Both the position numbers and the translations under genes were made by a program. From an uncultured Chloroflexia bacterium (GTDB lineage Bacteria; Chloroflexota; Limnocylindria; Limnocylindrales; CSP1-4), in contig CAVYGJ010000007.1 in the NCBI GenBank assembly GCA_963768035.1, positions 223,157 through 287,156 on the forward strand: a DNA stretch of 64,000 nucleotides, given 5' to 3'. Below the pieces are notes generated by a model that saw nothing but the letters and a program-made list of their open reading frames with translations, ran no database searches and was not told where the DNA came from. Shown here piece after piece: positions 31,376-41,706 of the stretch. The stretch's first letter is position 1; each line of letters begins with the position of its first letter.

Positions 31376-32829
31376 CGGCCGAGGCCACGGGGCCGGTCAC
31401 CCGCGAGCGGCGGCTCGCGAACCTGCGGGCGACGCTCGCCCGTGGGAGCGCCGCGGGCCCCGACGCGCTGCCCGCGCGGGCGCCGTTCGCGGGAAGGAGG
31501 AGCCCCCAGCTCGCCGCGCGTCTCGCGGCCGCCCTCGGGGCGGACGTCGCCGACACGCCCGACGGCTGGCTCGTGCGCCGGGTCGTCGCGCCGATCGACA
31601 TGCCGATCGACCGCGAGCGCCTCGCCCGCCTGCCCGGGCACCCGCCCGCGGACGCGCCGCTGGTGTGCCTCGACACGGAGACGACCGGGCTCGCGACGGC
31701 GGCCGGGACGCTCGCGTTCCTCGTCGGGCTCGCGCGCTGGGAGGGCGGCGTCTTCCGCCAGACCCAGCTCCTCCTCCCCGACCACGCCGACGAGCCGGCC
31801 CTCCTCGCCGAGATCAGCCGCTGGGTCACCCCGGACGCGTGGCTCGTGAGCTACAACGGACGCGGCTTCGACTGGCCGCTGATCGAGGCGCGCTACCGGC
31901 TGGCGGGTCGTGCCGCGCCCGAGCACGCGGGGCACCTGGACCTGCTGCCGTTCGTGCGCCGGGTGTTCCGCCACCGCATGGAGGACGCGCGGCTGCGAAC
32001 CGTCGAGGGCGAGCTGCTCGGCGTCAGCCGGGTGGGCGACGTCGAGGGCTGGGAGATCCCGGGCATCTACCTCGACGTGCTCCGGGGCGGGCCGGTCGAC
32101 GCGCTCGCGGGCGTCGTCATCCACAACGAGAAGGACGTCCGGTCGCTCGGGCTGCTGCTCGCGCACGTCGAGCGACGGTACGCCGGGCGTGACGCCCGCC
32201 ACGAGGCGCCCCGCGGCGACCTCGCCGGCCTGTCGCGGGCCTACACCCGCGAGCGGCGCCACGACGAGGCGCTCGAGTGCCTGGACGACGCGATGGCCGC
32301 GGCGGCGCCCGTGCGCGACCCGTTCGGGCGGTCGCCGGTCCCGCGGCCGCTCATCCGCGAGCAGGTGGCCGAGGACGAGTGGTGGACCGCCCGGACGCAG
32401 CCGCACTTCGGCGGACGGCCACCGCGTGGCGGCTGGCGTGGCGAGCTGGCGAACGGCCGGGGCGGGTCGCTCGGCGCGTCACCCGGCCCGACGCCATGGG
32501 ACGCGGCTCGCTGGACCGACGAACGCGTGGCCGCCGAGCGGGCGCGGGTGCTCCGCCGGCTCGGCCGCTGGGCCGAGTCCGCGGAGGCGTGGCAGACGGC
32601 GGCCGCGGCCGGCGGCCCGCTGGGCGCGATCGCGTGGATCGAGGTCGCGAAGCTCCGCGAGCACCGGCTCGCCGACACCGAGGGGGCGCTCGCCGCGACC
32701 CGGGCGGCGTGGCGGCTCCTCGAGCGCTCGCGGCTCACCGGTCGCCCGCACCCTCGGCTCGAGGCCGACCTCGACCGTCGCGGGCGACGGCTGTCGGCGC
32801 GGCTCCGTCGGCGGGCGGGCGCTGCCTAG
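31372..32829 (+). CDS. mrfB: DEDDh-type 3'-5' exonuclease with a C-terminal helical/TPR-like domain (MrfB/YprB-like).
   Basis: The ATG overlaps the upstream stop (GCATGA). Exonuclease motif I (LVCLDTETTGL) and a second acidic motif near YNGRGFDWPL are present, followed by an Ala/Arg-rich helical C-terminus. The helicase/exonuclease pairing matches that described for Bacillus subtilis MrfA/MrfB. Confidence 0.65.
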   Translation: MTAEATGPVTRERRLANLRATLARGSAAGPDALPARAPFAGRRSPQLAARLAAALGADVADTPDGWLVRRVVAPIDMPIDRERLARLPGHPPADAPLVCLDTETTGLATAAGTLAFLVGLARWEGGVFRQTQLLLPDHADEPALLAEISRWVTPDAWLVSYNGRGFDWPLIEARYRLAGRAAPEHAGHLDLLPFVRRVFRHRMEDARLRTVEGELLGVSRVGDVEGWEIPGIYLDVLRGGPVDALAGVVIHNEKDVRSLGLLLAHVERRYAGRDARHEAPRGDLAGLSRAYTRERRHDEALECLDDAMAAAAPVRDPFGRSPVPRPLIREQVAEDEWWTARTQPHFGGRPPRGGWRGELANGRGGSLGASPGPTPWDAARWTDERVAAERARVLRRLGRWAESAEAWQTAAAAGGPLGAIAWIEVAKLREHRLADTEGALAATRAAWRLLERSRLTGRPHPRLEADLDRRGRRLSARLRRRAGAA

Positions 32830-33768
32830 GCCGGGACGGCGTCGAGGCGCTCCAGGACGGCCGCGAGCTCGGGCACCGCGCCGAGGCCCGGGCCCTCGCA
32901 CACGAGCGACGCGGCGGCCGCGCCGAACCGCAGGTCGAGGTCGTCGCCGACACGGTCGCCGAGCAGCGCCGGGACGAGGCGCGCGGCGAAGACGCCCGCG
33001 AGGAACGTGTCGCCGGCGCCCGTCGGGTCCACGAGGTGCGGGATCGGGATCGCGGCCCACCGGTCGCGGGTCCGCGACAGGCCATCGGGCGCGGTCACGA
33101 TCACCGTGCCGCCGCGTGCGCCGTCGGTGACCAGGAGCGTGTCGCCCGGGCCAACGAACGCGGCGAGCTCCTTGAGCGGCGTCCCGCGCTCGAAGTCGTC
33201 CGTCCCGCACCCCGACGATGTCGGCGCGCTTGACGAGCGGCGACGGCCCGGGCTGGACCCGCTCCACCGGTCCGCCGGCCCGGAGCACCCGGAGCAGGCC
33301 CTGCCAGCCGAGACCCACGAGCGACCCGTCGTGCGGGATCGTCGACCACGCGTCGGGCAGCTCCGCGGCCACCGGCGCGAACATCCAGCCGTCAGCGCCG
33401 AGCCAGCCGCGCGGGATCGTCGTGACCTCGATCGGGTCCGACACCTCGCGCGACTCCTGGACGCGCCCGTCGGCCGTCTCGACGTTGACGAACACCGGTC
33501 CACGCGCCAGCGGCAGGGCGACGAGCTCGACGCCGGCGCGCTCGAGGACACCCAGCTCGTCCGCGGTCGCCGCGAGCCCGTCCACGCCGATGAGCGCGCG
33601 TGTCCGGATGCCGAGCCGCGCCAGCGCGAGCGCGGAGTAGGACGCGCCGCCGCCCAGCCGCCAGCCGCGCGGGTCGTCGACGGTGATGTCGCGCGATGCC
33701 GCGCCAACCACCACGACGACCGGGTCCCTGTCCGTCACGCGCTCAACTCCTCCATCCGGCCGATCCAC
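32826..33768 (-). CDS. PfkB-family (ribokinase-like) sugar or nucleoside kinase; frameshift near 33220.
   Basis: N-terminal GG motif (VVVGAASRD...RLGGGASYSALALARLG) and a C-terminal anion hole (DPTGAGDTFLAGV) in two frames. The stop overlaps the convergent mrfB stop. Confidence 0.65.
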
Positions 33769-33853
33769 GGTCCCAACCTATACTGGAACTCCGCCCCGCG
33801 GCCCGCCCGGGCGCCCCGCGGACCGGCCTGCACGACGACTCGAGGTTCCCATC

Positions 33854-34198
33854 ATGCATTTCTACGAGCTCCACGAGGGCGACAACGAGGTCTTCGCCGA
33901 CCTGCTGCTCGCACGCGAGGAGGAGATGGAGGCCGAGGAGTTCTTCGACGTCGTCCAGTCGATCCGCCGCCGGGTCGTGGACAACTTCGAGACCCAGACG
34001 CTCGTCGAGGCCATCGCGGACGAGCTCGAGCGGGACTACGGCTTCATCGCCGTCACCGACGAGCGCCTCACGGCCGCCGTCAACGTGTCGCGCGAGGAGG
34101 AGGAGAACTTCCTCGCCGACCTCGACGCGCCGGACGACTCGATGGACTACGCGTCGATCCTCGCCGATCTCCAGGCCGAGGGCGGCCGCCCGAACTGA
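33854..34198 (+). CDS. Small acidic hypothetical protein.
   Basis: 115-aa ORF (MHFYELHEGDNEVFADLLLAREEEMEAEEFF...) in the expected codon-bias frame; no recognisable domain. Confidence 0.35.
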   Translation: MHFYELHEGDNEVFADLLLAREEEMEAEEFFDVVQSIRRRVVDNFETQTLVEAIADELERDYGFIAVTDERLTAAVNVSREEEENFLADLDAPDDSMDYASILADLQAEGGRPN

Positions 34199-34225
34199 TC
34201 CCCGCTCGGTCGCGGGTGACCCCGC

Positions 34226-35330
34226 TCAGCGGCTGAACAGGATCTCGACCACGTCGCCGTCGCGTACCCGGTAGGTCTTCCCCTCGGAGCGGACCTTGCC
34301 GTGCTTCTTCGCCTCGGCCATCGACCCGAGCGTGAGCAGGTCCTCGTACGCGATCGTCTCGGCGCGGATGAACCCGCGGGCGAGGTCGGTGTGGATCGCG
34401 CCCGCCGCGTCCACGGCGTTCGAGCCATCGGGGATCGGCCACGCGCGGACCTCGTCGGGACCGGCGGTGAGGAACGAGATCAGCCCGACGAGCTTGTAGG
34501 ACAGCGCGATGACCCGGTCCAGCGCGCTCTCGGTGAGCCCCAGCTCCTCCATGAACACGCCGGCCTCCTCGGGATCGAGCTCGCCCAGCTCCATCTCGAT
34601 CTTCGCCGACAGCGCGTCGACCATCGCGTGCTGGTGCACGTAGTTGGCGCGGATGCCGTCGGCGAGCGCCGGCGCGCCCGCGAGCTCGCCCTCGCCGACG
34701 TTGAGCAGCACGAGCACCGGCTTCTGGGTGAGGAACCGGAAGCCGCGGAGCGCCTTCTCCTCGTCGTCGTCGAGCGGCTCGTCACGGATCGGGCGGCCGG
34801 CCTCGAGCGCGGGCTTGAGGCGGGACAGGATGACCCCCTCGCGCTCGTTCGCCTCGCGCTCGGCGGGCGTGCCGTGGCGACCCGAGCCCTGGAGCCGCTC
34901 GAGGCGGCGATCGATCATCGCGAGGTCGGCGAGGATGAACTCGAGGTCGAGGTTCTCGAGGTCCCGGGCCGGGTCCACCGAGCCCGCCGCGTGCGGCTGT
35001 GCCGCGGAGTCCCACGCGCGCAGCACGTGGATCAGCGCGTCCGAGTCGCGGAGCCGGGCGAGGTGCTCGGCCGGGGAGCTCCTCCGCCCCGACGCGACCC
35101 TCGGTGGAGGCGGGCGGCGCGGGCAGGTCCACGTAGGTGACGTCGGCGTGGACGATCTTCTTGGGCTTGAACACCTCGGCCAGGCGGTCGAGCCGCTCGT
35201 CGGGGACCTTGACCACGCCCACGTTGAGCTGGAGCCCGCCGTACCCGCCGGTCTCGGCATGGCCGCGCGTGAGCGTGTTGAACACGGTTGTCTTGCCGCA
35301 CCCGGCAAGCCCGACGATGGCGATCTGCAT
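34226..35330 (-). CDS. ychF: YchF/OLA1-like ribosome-binding ATPase (Obg-family GTPase with a C-terminal TGS domain); frameshift near 35080.
   Basis: G1 motif (IAIVGLAGCGKTT) in the N-terminal ORF; central and TGS-like C-terminus (KTYRVRDGDVVEILFS) in a second frame. Confidence 0.65.
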
Positions 35331-35364
35331 GCCCCGATCCTACCGGGCACGCGGAGAGCGGGGC

Positions 35365-36429
35365 TCAGTAGCCCGCGGTCGGGTCCACGACGTTGACGAG
35401 CGGCTCGCCCGCGGCATAGCGCCGGACGTTGTCGCAGAACAGGTCCACCGAGCGATCGAGCACGCGGGTCGAGGACCACGCCGTGTGGGGCGTGAGGATC
35501 ACGTTCGGGAGGTCGTACAGGGGCGACGTCGGCGGGAGCGGCTCCTCGCGGAACGTGTCGAGCACCGCGCCGCCGATCCGGCCGTTGCGCACGGCCCGTG
35601 CCAGCGCGTGCTCGTCCACGAGCTCGCCGCGGGCGACGTTGATGACCCACGCGCCCGACTTCATGGCCGCGATCGACGACTCGCCGATGAGGCCCACGGT
35701 GTCGGGCGTGAGGGGGGCCGCGAGCACGACGAAGTCGGACTCGGCGAGCAGCTCGTCGAGGCGCTCGGGGGGCAGCACGCGGTCCAGCATCACCGACCCG
35801 AGGAACGGCTCGTCGCCGGCGCCGTCCGAGGCATCCGCGCCCGCCTCGGGGCGGCGGCGCGTCGCGATCACCCGGCAGCCGAACGCGGTCGCGAGCGCGC
35901 CCACCGCCCGCCCGATCGACCCGAGCCCCACGATGCCCACCGTCACGTCGCGCAGCTCCCGGGCCTCGAGCGGCTGCCAGGTGCGCTCGGCCTGGAGCTC
36001 CAGCAGCTGCGGCAGCCGGCGCGCGGCCGCCAGGATCATGAGCATCACGTACTCGGCGATGGGGCGCGAGAAGACGCCCCGTGCGTTCGTGATCACGATC
36101 CCGCGCTCCCGGGACGCGGGCGTCAGCACGCGCTCGACGCCGGCCGTCGCGGAGTGGACCCAGCGGAGCTGCGGGGCGCGGGCGAGGATCCGGTCGAAGG
36201 TCTCTGCCGGCAGGCGGCCGCGGAGCATCACCTCGACGTCGTCGAGCGGGCCGTCGGGATGGCCGTCGAAGCCGATCGTGACGAGGCGGGCGCCGGGCGC
36301 CGCGGCCCGGATGACCTCGAGGTCGCGGGCACGGTAGCGGGCGGACAGGATCGGCGTGAGCGCGATCGCCGTCGGGACGCCGCCCGGCCCCGCTCCCGGT
36401 CCCGGCGACCGGTCCGGACCCTCGGTCAC
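35365..36429 (-). CDS. D-isomer-specific 2-hydroxyacid dehydrogenase (NAD-binding).
   Basis: GxGxxG (VGIVGLGSIGRAV) and a catalytic R/E/H triad (NVARG, TPHTAW) in an intact 354-aa ORF. Confidence 0.8.
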   Translation of the reverse strand: MTEGPDRSPGPGAGPGGVPTAIALTPILSARYRARDLEVIRAAAPGARLVTIGFDGHPDGPLDDVEVMLRGRLPAETFDRILARAPQLRWVHSATAGVERVLTPASRERGIVITNARGVFSRPIAEYVMLMILAAARRLPQLLELQAERTWQPLEARELRDVTVGIVGLGSIGRAVGALATAFGCRVIATRRRPEAGADASDGAGDEPFLGSVMLDRVLPPERLDELLAESDFVVLAAPLTPDTVGLIGESSIAAMKSGAWVINVARGELVDEHALARAVRNGRIGGAVLDTFREEPLPPTSPLYDLPNVILTPHTAWSSTRVLDRSVDLFCDNVRRYAAGEPLVNVVDPTAGY

Positions 36430-37586
36430 GACTTCCCTCCCGTCAGCTGGTTGAGGCCCATCCGCTGCACCCAGTCCGCCGGCCGGTCGATCTCGGCCGG
36501 CTTCGGCAGGGTCTCCGGGCCGTCCCAGAGCCGGCGCAGGGCGGCGGCCCCGGCGAGGCGCTCGATCTCGGCCACGAAGACCTCGCCCTTACGGTACTGC
36601 TCCATCTTGAGGTCCATGCCCGTGATCCGGAGCATGGCCTTCTCGAACGGCGTCCGCGAGACGCGCCGGCCGTGGAACCGCGCGGAGATCCGCTCGACGC
36701 CCGGCACCAGGTCCTTGCCGACCTCGTCCATGACGTGGTCACCGAACCCCTCGAGCAGGCTCATGATCGCCTGCGTCTCGCGGAACAGCTCGCGCTGCTC
36801 CACGGTCATCAGGCGCTCCATCCAGTGCGTGTCGTCGCGCCGGCCGTCGCCCCGGAGCGACTTGCCGATCGCCTTGACCGCGTCCCGCCCGAGCGCCGAC
36901 GCGTCCTTCGAGAACAGCGAGAGCTGGCGCTCGAGCCGCCCGGCGAGGTACGGGCGCAGCCAGGGGTGCGCCTCGAACTCGAACGCGTGGGTCGTCTCGT
37001 GGAGCGCGATCCAGGTGCGGAACGGGCCGAGCGGGACGTCGAGCACCTTGGCCGTCTGGCGGATGTTCTCCTCGACGAACAGCAGCTTGCCGGGCGTCGT
37101 CTCGGCGGACAGCAGCGCGAGGTCGTACTGGCCGAGCACCCGCTGGCCCATGAACCCGAGGAGGAGGCCGAGCTGGCGCGTCGTGACCCAGCGGTTCGCG
37201 ATCGTCATCGTCGCCTTGCCGAAGCCGGCGCCCTCGGGGAGCATCTGCTCGAGGAGCTGGCCCTCGAGCTTCCCGATGAGCTGCTCGAACGCGACGGTGT
37301 TCGCCTGGACCCACTCGCCGCGGTCCACGACGGCGACCCGGTCGACGACGCCCGGCAGGTCGGTGCCGAGGTGCTCGGACAGCGCCGGGACGACCTTCGC
37401 CATCGCCGCCGCGTACTCGCCCTCGACGGCCTGCAGCTCGGCGCGGGTGAGCGTCCCCGGCGCCGACCGGAGCCGCGCGATCGCGATCCGCTCGACCTGT
37501 CCCCAGTCGACGAGCCCGGCGGACCGCGCCGTCCGCTCGATCTGCCGCCCGGCGACGGTGATGGCGGCCCCGAGGAGCGACCCCAC
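36426..37586 (-). CDS. Zincin-like metalloprotease of the actinobacterial DUF2342 type.
   Basis: HExxH-like HETTHAFEF in a 386-aa soluble protein; the stop overlaps the downstream start. Confidence 0.6.
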   Translation of the reverse strand: MGSLLGAAITVAGRQIERTARSAGLVDWGQVERIAIARLRSAPGTLTRAELQAVEGEYAAAMAKVVPALSEHLGTDLPGVVDRVAVVDRGEWVQANTVAFEQLIGKLEGQLLEQMLPEGAGFGKATMTIANRWVTTRQLGLLLGFMGQRVLGQYDLALLSAETTPGKLLFVEENIRQTAKVLDVPLGPFRTWIALHETTHAFEFEAHPWLRPYLAGRLERQLSLFSKDASALGRDAVKAIGKSLRGDGRRDDTHWMERLMTVEQRELFRETQAIMSLLEGFGDHVMDEVGKDLVPGVERISARFHGRRVSRTPFEKAMLRITGMDLKMEQYRKGEVFVAEIERLAGAAALRRLWDGPETLPKPAEIDRPADWVQRMGLNQLTGGKS

Positions 37587-37664
37587 GACGAACCCGACCT
37601 GCCACAGCCGCTCCTCGGGGATCCCTGCCCCTGCGGCGGTCGTCGCGACCCGGCGTGGCGGGCA

Positions 37665-38591
37665 TCAGCCGACGGCCTCGCCGAGCTCGACCGACGCCAC
37701 GTCCGGGAACGCCTCGCCGAACATCCGCGTCGCGATGGAGGCGAAGCGGCCCACGTCGCCGGTCGTCAGCTGGACGTGGACGGGGTCGCTCCCCGACCAG
37801 GTCTCCGCGGGTCGCGAGTGGCCGCCGGCGCCCGGGTCCGCGGCGGTCCCGCGGGTCGTGCCCGGCGCCTCGAGCGCGTTGACCGAGAGCAGCTCCGCGA
37901 GCGACGACGCGGTCGCGGTCGCCGAGTCCACGATCGCCACCCGGTCGCCGACGATCCGGCTGATCACCGGGCGCAGCAGCGGGTAGTGGGTGCAGCCGAG
38001 GAGCAGCGTGTCGATCGACGCGCCCGGCGGCCGCGGGAACACGAACTCGCCCGCCCCGTCGCGCTCGCCGAGGAGCGGCGCGAGGTCCTCCTCGATGACC
38101 GCCTCGAGCTCCGGGCCCGACAGGATCCCCGCCTCGACCATGGGCACGAACCGCGGCGTCGCGTGCTCGTAGACCTCGACCGCGGGGTTCTCGTCCTTGA
38201 TCGCGTTGAAGTAGGCGTGCGAGCGGACGGTCGCGGGCGTCGCGATGACGCCCACCCGCCGGTTGCGCGTCGCGAGGGACGCGGCCGACGCGCCGGGACG
38301 GACCACGCCGAGGACCGGCAGGTCGTAGCGCGCCCGGAGGTCCCGGAGCGCGACCGCGGTCGACGTGTTGCAGGCGACGACGAGCGCCTTCACGTCACGC
38401 GACGCGAGCTCGTCGAGGGCCTGCATCGAGAACCGGACGACCTCCTCGTCGGGACGGACGCCGTACGGGGCGCGCGCGTTGTCGCCGAGGTAGATCGTGG
38501 ATTCGTGCGGGGATCGCCGGAGGATCTCGCGCAGGACGGTGAGGCCGCCGACACCGGAGTCGAAGACGCCGATGGGCCGGGGGTCGGACAC
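37665..38591 (-). CDS. murI: Glutamate racemase.
   Basis: Motifs (IGVFDSGVGGLTV, VVACNTS, LGCTHYP) in an intact 308-aa ORF. Confidence 0.9.
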   Translation of the reverse strand: MSDPRPIGVFDSGVGGLTVLREILRRSPHESTIYLGDNARAPYGVRPDEEVVRFSMQALDELASRDVKALVVACNTSTAVALRDLRARYDLPVLGVVRPGASAASLATRNRRVGVIATPATVRSHAYFNAIKDENPAVEVYEHATPRFVPMVEAGILSGPELEAVIEEDLAPLLGERDGAGEFVFPRPPGASIDTLLLGCTHYPLLRPVISRIVGDRVAIVDSATATASSLAELLSVNALEAPGTTRGTAADPGAGGHSRPAETWSGSDPVHVQLTTGDVGRFASIATRMFGEAFPDVASVELGEAVG

Positions 38592-38600
38592 GACCCCTCG

Positions 38601-39737
38601 CTACCGCCGGCTCGCCACGGGCGCTCGCCCGACCAGCTCGGTGGCCGTGCGCGTGACGTCCTGGCTGATCTGCGCGGCGGGGTCCGCGAGCACGAACGGG
38701 ATGCCCTCGTTGTTGGCCCGCACGACGAGCGCGCCGCCCGAGCCGATGCTGTGCTCCGGCACCCGGCCGAGGGCGCGGGTCAGGACCTCGGGGTCGAAGC
38801 CGCCCGTGGAGTCCGCCCGGTTGATCAGGTAGCGGACCTTGGTCGGGGCATACCCGATCATCCGGAACGCGTCGGCCATCACCATCGTGCTGTGGATCGT
38901 CGTCGAGTCGTAGGTCACGACCTCGAGGATCGTGTCCGAGGCGTCGAGGAAGCACAGGTTGATGTCGTTGACGACGGCAGGGGTGTCGACGATCACGACC
39001 TCGTAGACCCGGCGCAGGAGGCTCAGCGTCTTCTCGAGGTCGCGGACGGTGACCATCTCGGCCATCTCGACGCGCGGCGGGGCGAGCAGGATGTCGATCC
39101 CCGACGGGTCGCGCCACAGGACGTCCGCGAGGTCCGACTCCTGGATCCGGTCCGTCGGCAGGTCGAGCAGCGACGGGGCCTCCATCGGCACCTTGAGCAG
39201 CGCCCGCATGTCGCCGAACTGGAGCGACCCGTCGATGAGGACGGTCTTGGCGCCCTGCTGGCCGACGGCGACCGCGAGGTTGAACGCGAGGGTCGTCTTC
39301 CCGACGCCGCCCTTGGGCGCGAACAGCGTGATCATCCGGGCGGTGCCGAACTGGTCCATCGTGGCCGCGGCCGTGTGGACCTGCTGGAGGCGGGTGACCA
39401 GCTCGTAGCCGGTGAACGGCATCGCGAGGACGCCGTGGATGCCGTGCGAGACGTCGGTGGCGACCGGCTGCTGCGGGACCGTGAGGACGATCACGGGCAC
39501 GCGCGCCGGCGACTGGTTGATCTGGTCGACGAGGCTGAGGCCCTTGATCCGGCCCTGGAGGAGCGCGTCCACGAGGACGACGTCCGGGCGCAGCTCGGCG
39601 ACGAGGTTGAGCACCTTCGAGCCGTCGCTCACGACGTCCAGCAGCTTGATCGCCGACTGCGAGTTCAGCAGTCCGCGGATGTACTGGGCGACCTGGGGCA
39701 CGTCCTCGACGACGAGGAGGCGGATCTGATCCGACAT
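38601..39737 (-). CDS. Response-regulator receiver domain fused to a MinD/ParA-type ATPase (CpaE/TadZ-like), copy 2.
   Basis: Receiver-like N-terminus (RLLVVEDVP...VVLVDALLQG) plus a deviant Walker A (FAPKGGVGKTT). It is a paralogue of the 11900-13072 gene. Confidence 0.7.
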   Translation of the reverse strand: MSDQIRLLVVEDVPQVAQYIRGLLNSQSAIKLLDVVSDGSKVLNLVAELRPDVVLVDALLQGRIKGLSLVDQINQSPARVPVIVLTVPQQPVATDVSHGIHGVLAMPFTGYELVTRLQQVHTAAATMDQFGTARMITLFAPKGGVGKTTLAFNLAVAVGQQGAKTVLIDGSLQFGDMRALLKVPMEAPSLLDLPTDRIQESDLADVLWRDPSGIDILLAPPRVEMAEMVTVRDLEKTLSLLRRVYEVVIVDTPAVVNDINLCFLDASDTILEVVTYDSTTIHSTMVMADAFRMIGYAPTKVRYLINRADSTGGFDPEVLTRALGRVPEHSIGSGGALVVRANNEGIPFVLADPAAQISQDVTRTATELVGRAPVASRR

Positions 39738-39825
39738 TGGCCCGACTCTACCACGCAGGGTCGGGCACCGGTCCGGGCCCCATTGGTCCCATCCGGGCCC
39801 GCCGTCAGGGGTGGTCGGCCGCCCC

Positions 39826-40609
39826 TCAGGATCGTCGCGCGAGCAGGACGACGCGCTCCGCGCCGAGCTCCAGCGGCCCGAGGTCGTAGTCCCCCGCCAG
39901 GGCCTCGACCCGCAGGCCCGCCGCCTCGGCCATCGACACCAGCTCGTCGGGGCTCACCAGCCGCAGGTTGTCGACCCGCACCCAGCGGACCGCGGGCTCG
40001 CCCGGGTCGCCGGCCTCGAACACGGTGGTCAGGCGGACGGTGCTCGTCGTGGGGTCCCAGGTGGCGCTGCCGGTCTTGGTCACCGTCCGGCCGGTCCCCG
40101 GCTCCTCGCGGACCCACTCGAGCACGACGCGGCCGTCGTAGCGGGCGAGGTCCTCGGCGTCCGGGAGCCAGCAGTCGACGACCGCCAGGGCACCCGGCGC
40201 CAGGTGCGCCGCCAGCGTCGCGACGGCAGCGGCCTGGTCGGCGCGCGTCCCCATGAGGAACAGCGAGTTGAGCGGGACGAACGCCAGCTGGAACGACCCC
40301 GCGGACGGGAGGCGCACCTCGCGGGCGTCGGCGTGGACGAGCTCGAGGCGCCGCGCCGTCGCGATGCCCGCGCTGTCGGCGGTCGGCCCGCGCCCTCGCG
40401 AGCATCGCGCGGTCGAGGTCCACGCCCGTGACGTCGTACCCGGCCGCGGCCAGCGGGACCGCGAGCCTGCCGGAGCCCACCGCCAGCTCGAGGATCGGCC
40501 CGCCCGTCTGCCCGGCCAGCGCCAGGTACAGGTCGAGGTCGCCCGGGTCCTCGGACAGGTCCAGGTCGTAGAGACGCGCGAGGGCGTCGGCGGCGGTCTC
40601 GGTCACCGG
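39826..40609 (-). CDS. Class I SAM-dependent methyltransferase; frameshift near 40310.
   Basis: Motif I (ILELAVGSGRLAVPLAAAGYDVTGVDLD) follows a GTG start at 40609. The C-terminal half (AFVPLNSLFLMGTRADQ...) is in a second frame ending at 39826. Confidence 0.55.
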
Positions 40610-40647
40610 TGGATCATCGCCGACGCGGACCTCCGGCGTTTCGCGCC

Positions 40648-41706
40648 TCAGCGCTCGAAGCGGACCGGCTGCCCGGCGAGCTTCTTCGCGGCGAGCGCCG
40701 AGATGAGCTCGAGCGCGACCCGGTTCGCGGCCATCGCCGTGACCTCCGCGTGGTCGTACGGCGGCGACACCTCGACGATGTCCATGCCCGCGATCTCCAC
40801 CTTGCCCGCGATCCGGCGCACGGCGCGCAGGACCTCGCGCGGCAGCATGCCCCCGGGCTCGGGCGTCCCGGTCCCCGGGGCACTGCCCGGGTCGATGACG
40901 TCGATGTCCACGGAGATGTAGATGGCGTCCGGGCCGTCGAGCGCCTCGGCGATGGCGTCGTCGATGACCGCCTCCGCGCCCCGCTCCTCGATCTCGCGCA
41001 TGAGGTGCCAGCGGAGGCCCTGCTCCTTCATCCACTCGAACGTCTCGACCGGCGGCCAGTAGCCGCGCAGCCCGACCTGGACGAAGTTCGAGCCCTTGAC
41101 CGCGCCCGACTCGATCAGCCGGCGCATCGGCGTCCCGTGGCCCGCGAGCACGCCCCAGTCGTCGTTCGCGGTGTCGGCGTGGGCATCGAAGTGGACGATG
41201 CCGATGCTCCCGGGCCGGCGCACCTCGGCGACGGCGGTCGCCGACGGCCAGGTGATCGAGTGGTCGCCGCCGAGCACGATCGGGATCGCGCCGGTCGAGG
41301 CGACCTCGTGGACCTTGCGGTAGATGAGCGCATGCGCGCGGTCGATCCAGGACGGGACGATGTTCGCGTCGCCGGCGTCGACGACGGTCAGGACCTCGAA
41401 CGGCTCGACGCCCAGCTGGAGCGAGTGGATCGACCCGGTCGTGTACTGCGCCTCGCGGATGGCCCGCGGACCGAAGCGGGCGCCGGGCCGGTGGCTGACC
41501 GCGTCGTCGAACGGCGCGCCGACGATCGCGACGTCGGCCTTGCGGGCGGCGAGCTCGACCGGGTCCGGGACCCAGGGCAGCTTCATGAACGTCGGCAGCC
41601 CGACGTAGGTGGGGAGATCGAAGTCGTCGTACGTCTCGTACGGCTTGTCCCAGCCGTTGCGCGCGGCGAAGTCGACGTCGCCCTGGTCGTGGGGACGGTC
41701 GGCCAC
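40648..41706 (-). CDS. Arginase-family ureohydrolase (agmatinase, guanidinobutyrase or proclavaminate-amidinohydrolase-like).
   Basis: Mn-binding motifs (GGDHSIT, DAHADT, SVDIDVIDP) and a GGAGGA motif upstream of the ATG. Confidence 0.8.
   Translation of the reverse strand: MADRPHDQGDVDFAARNGWDKPYETYDDFDLPTYVGLPTFMKLPWVPDPVELAARKADVAIVGAPFDDAVSHRPGARFGPRAIREAQYTTGSIHSLQLGVEPFEVLTVVDAGDANIVPSWIDRAHALIYRKVHEVASTGAIPIVLGGDHSITWPSATAVAEVRRPGSIGIVHFDAHADTANDDWGVLAGHGTPMRRLIESGAVKGSNFVQVGLRGYWPPVETFEWMKEQGLRWHLMREIEERGAEAVIDDAIAEALDGPDAIYISVDIDVIDPGSAPGTGTPEPGGMLPREVLRAVRRIAGKVEIAGMDIVEVSPPYDHAEVTAMAANRVALELISALAAKKLAGQPVRFER

Noticed and set aside
29062-32829. Single 1255-aa helicase ORF.
   Set aside because: The DUF1998 domain is in another frame (30617-31375) with its own stop, and a new ATG with its own N-terminal exonuclease motif starts at 31372. 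It was split into a helicase-DUF1998 gene and a downstream DEDDh exonuclease gene.
36672-40256. 1194-aa plus-strand ORF and other large plus-strand ORFs (for example 28572-30785, 45394-47988, 53331-55808 on the minus strand).
   Set aside because: They are antisense to multiple well-supported genes (metalloprotease, murI, cpaE-like, tandem AI-2E transporter) and have Arg/Asp/Gly/His-rich low-complexity sequence with no start-context support.
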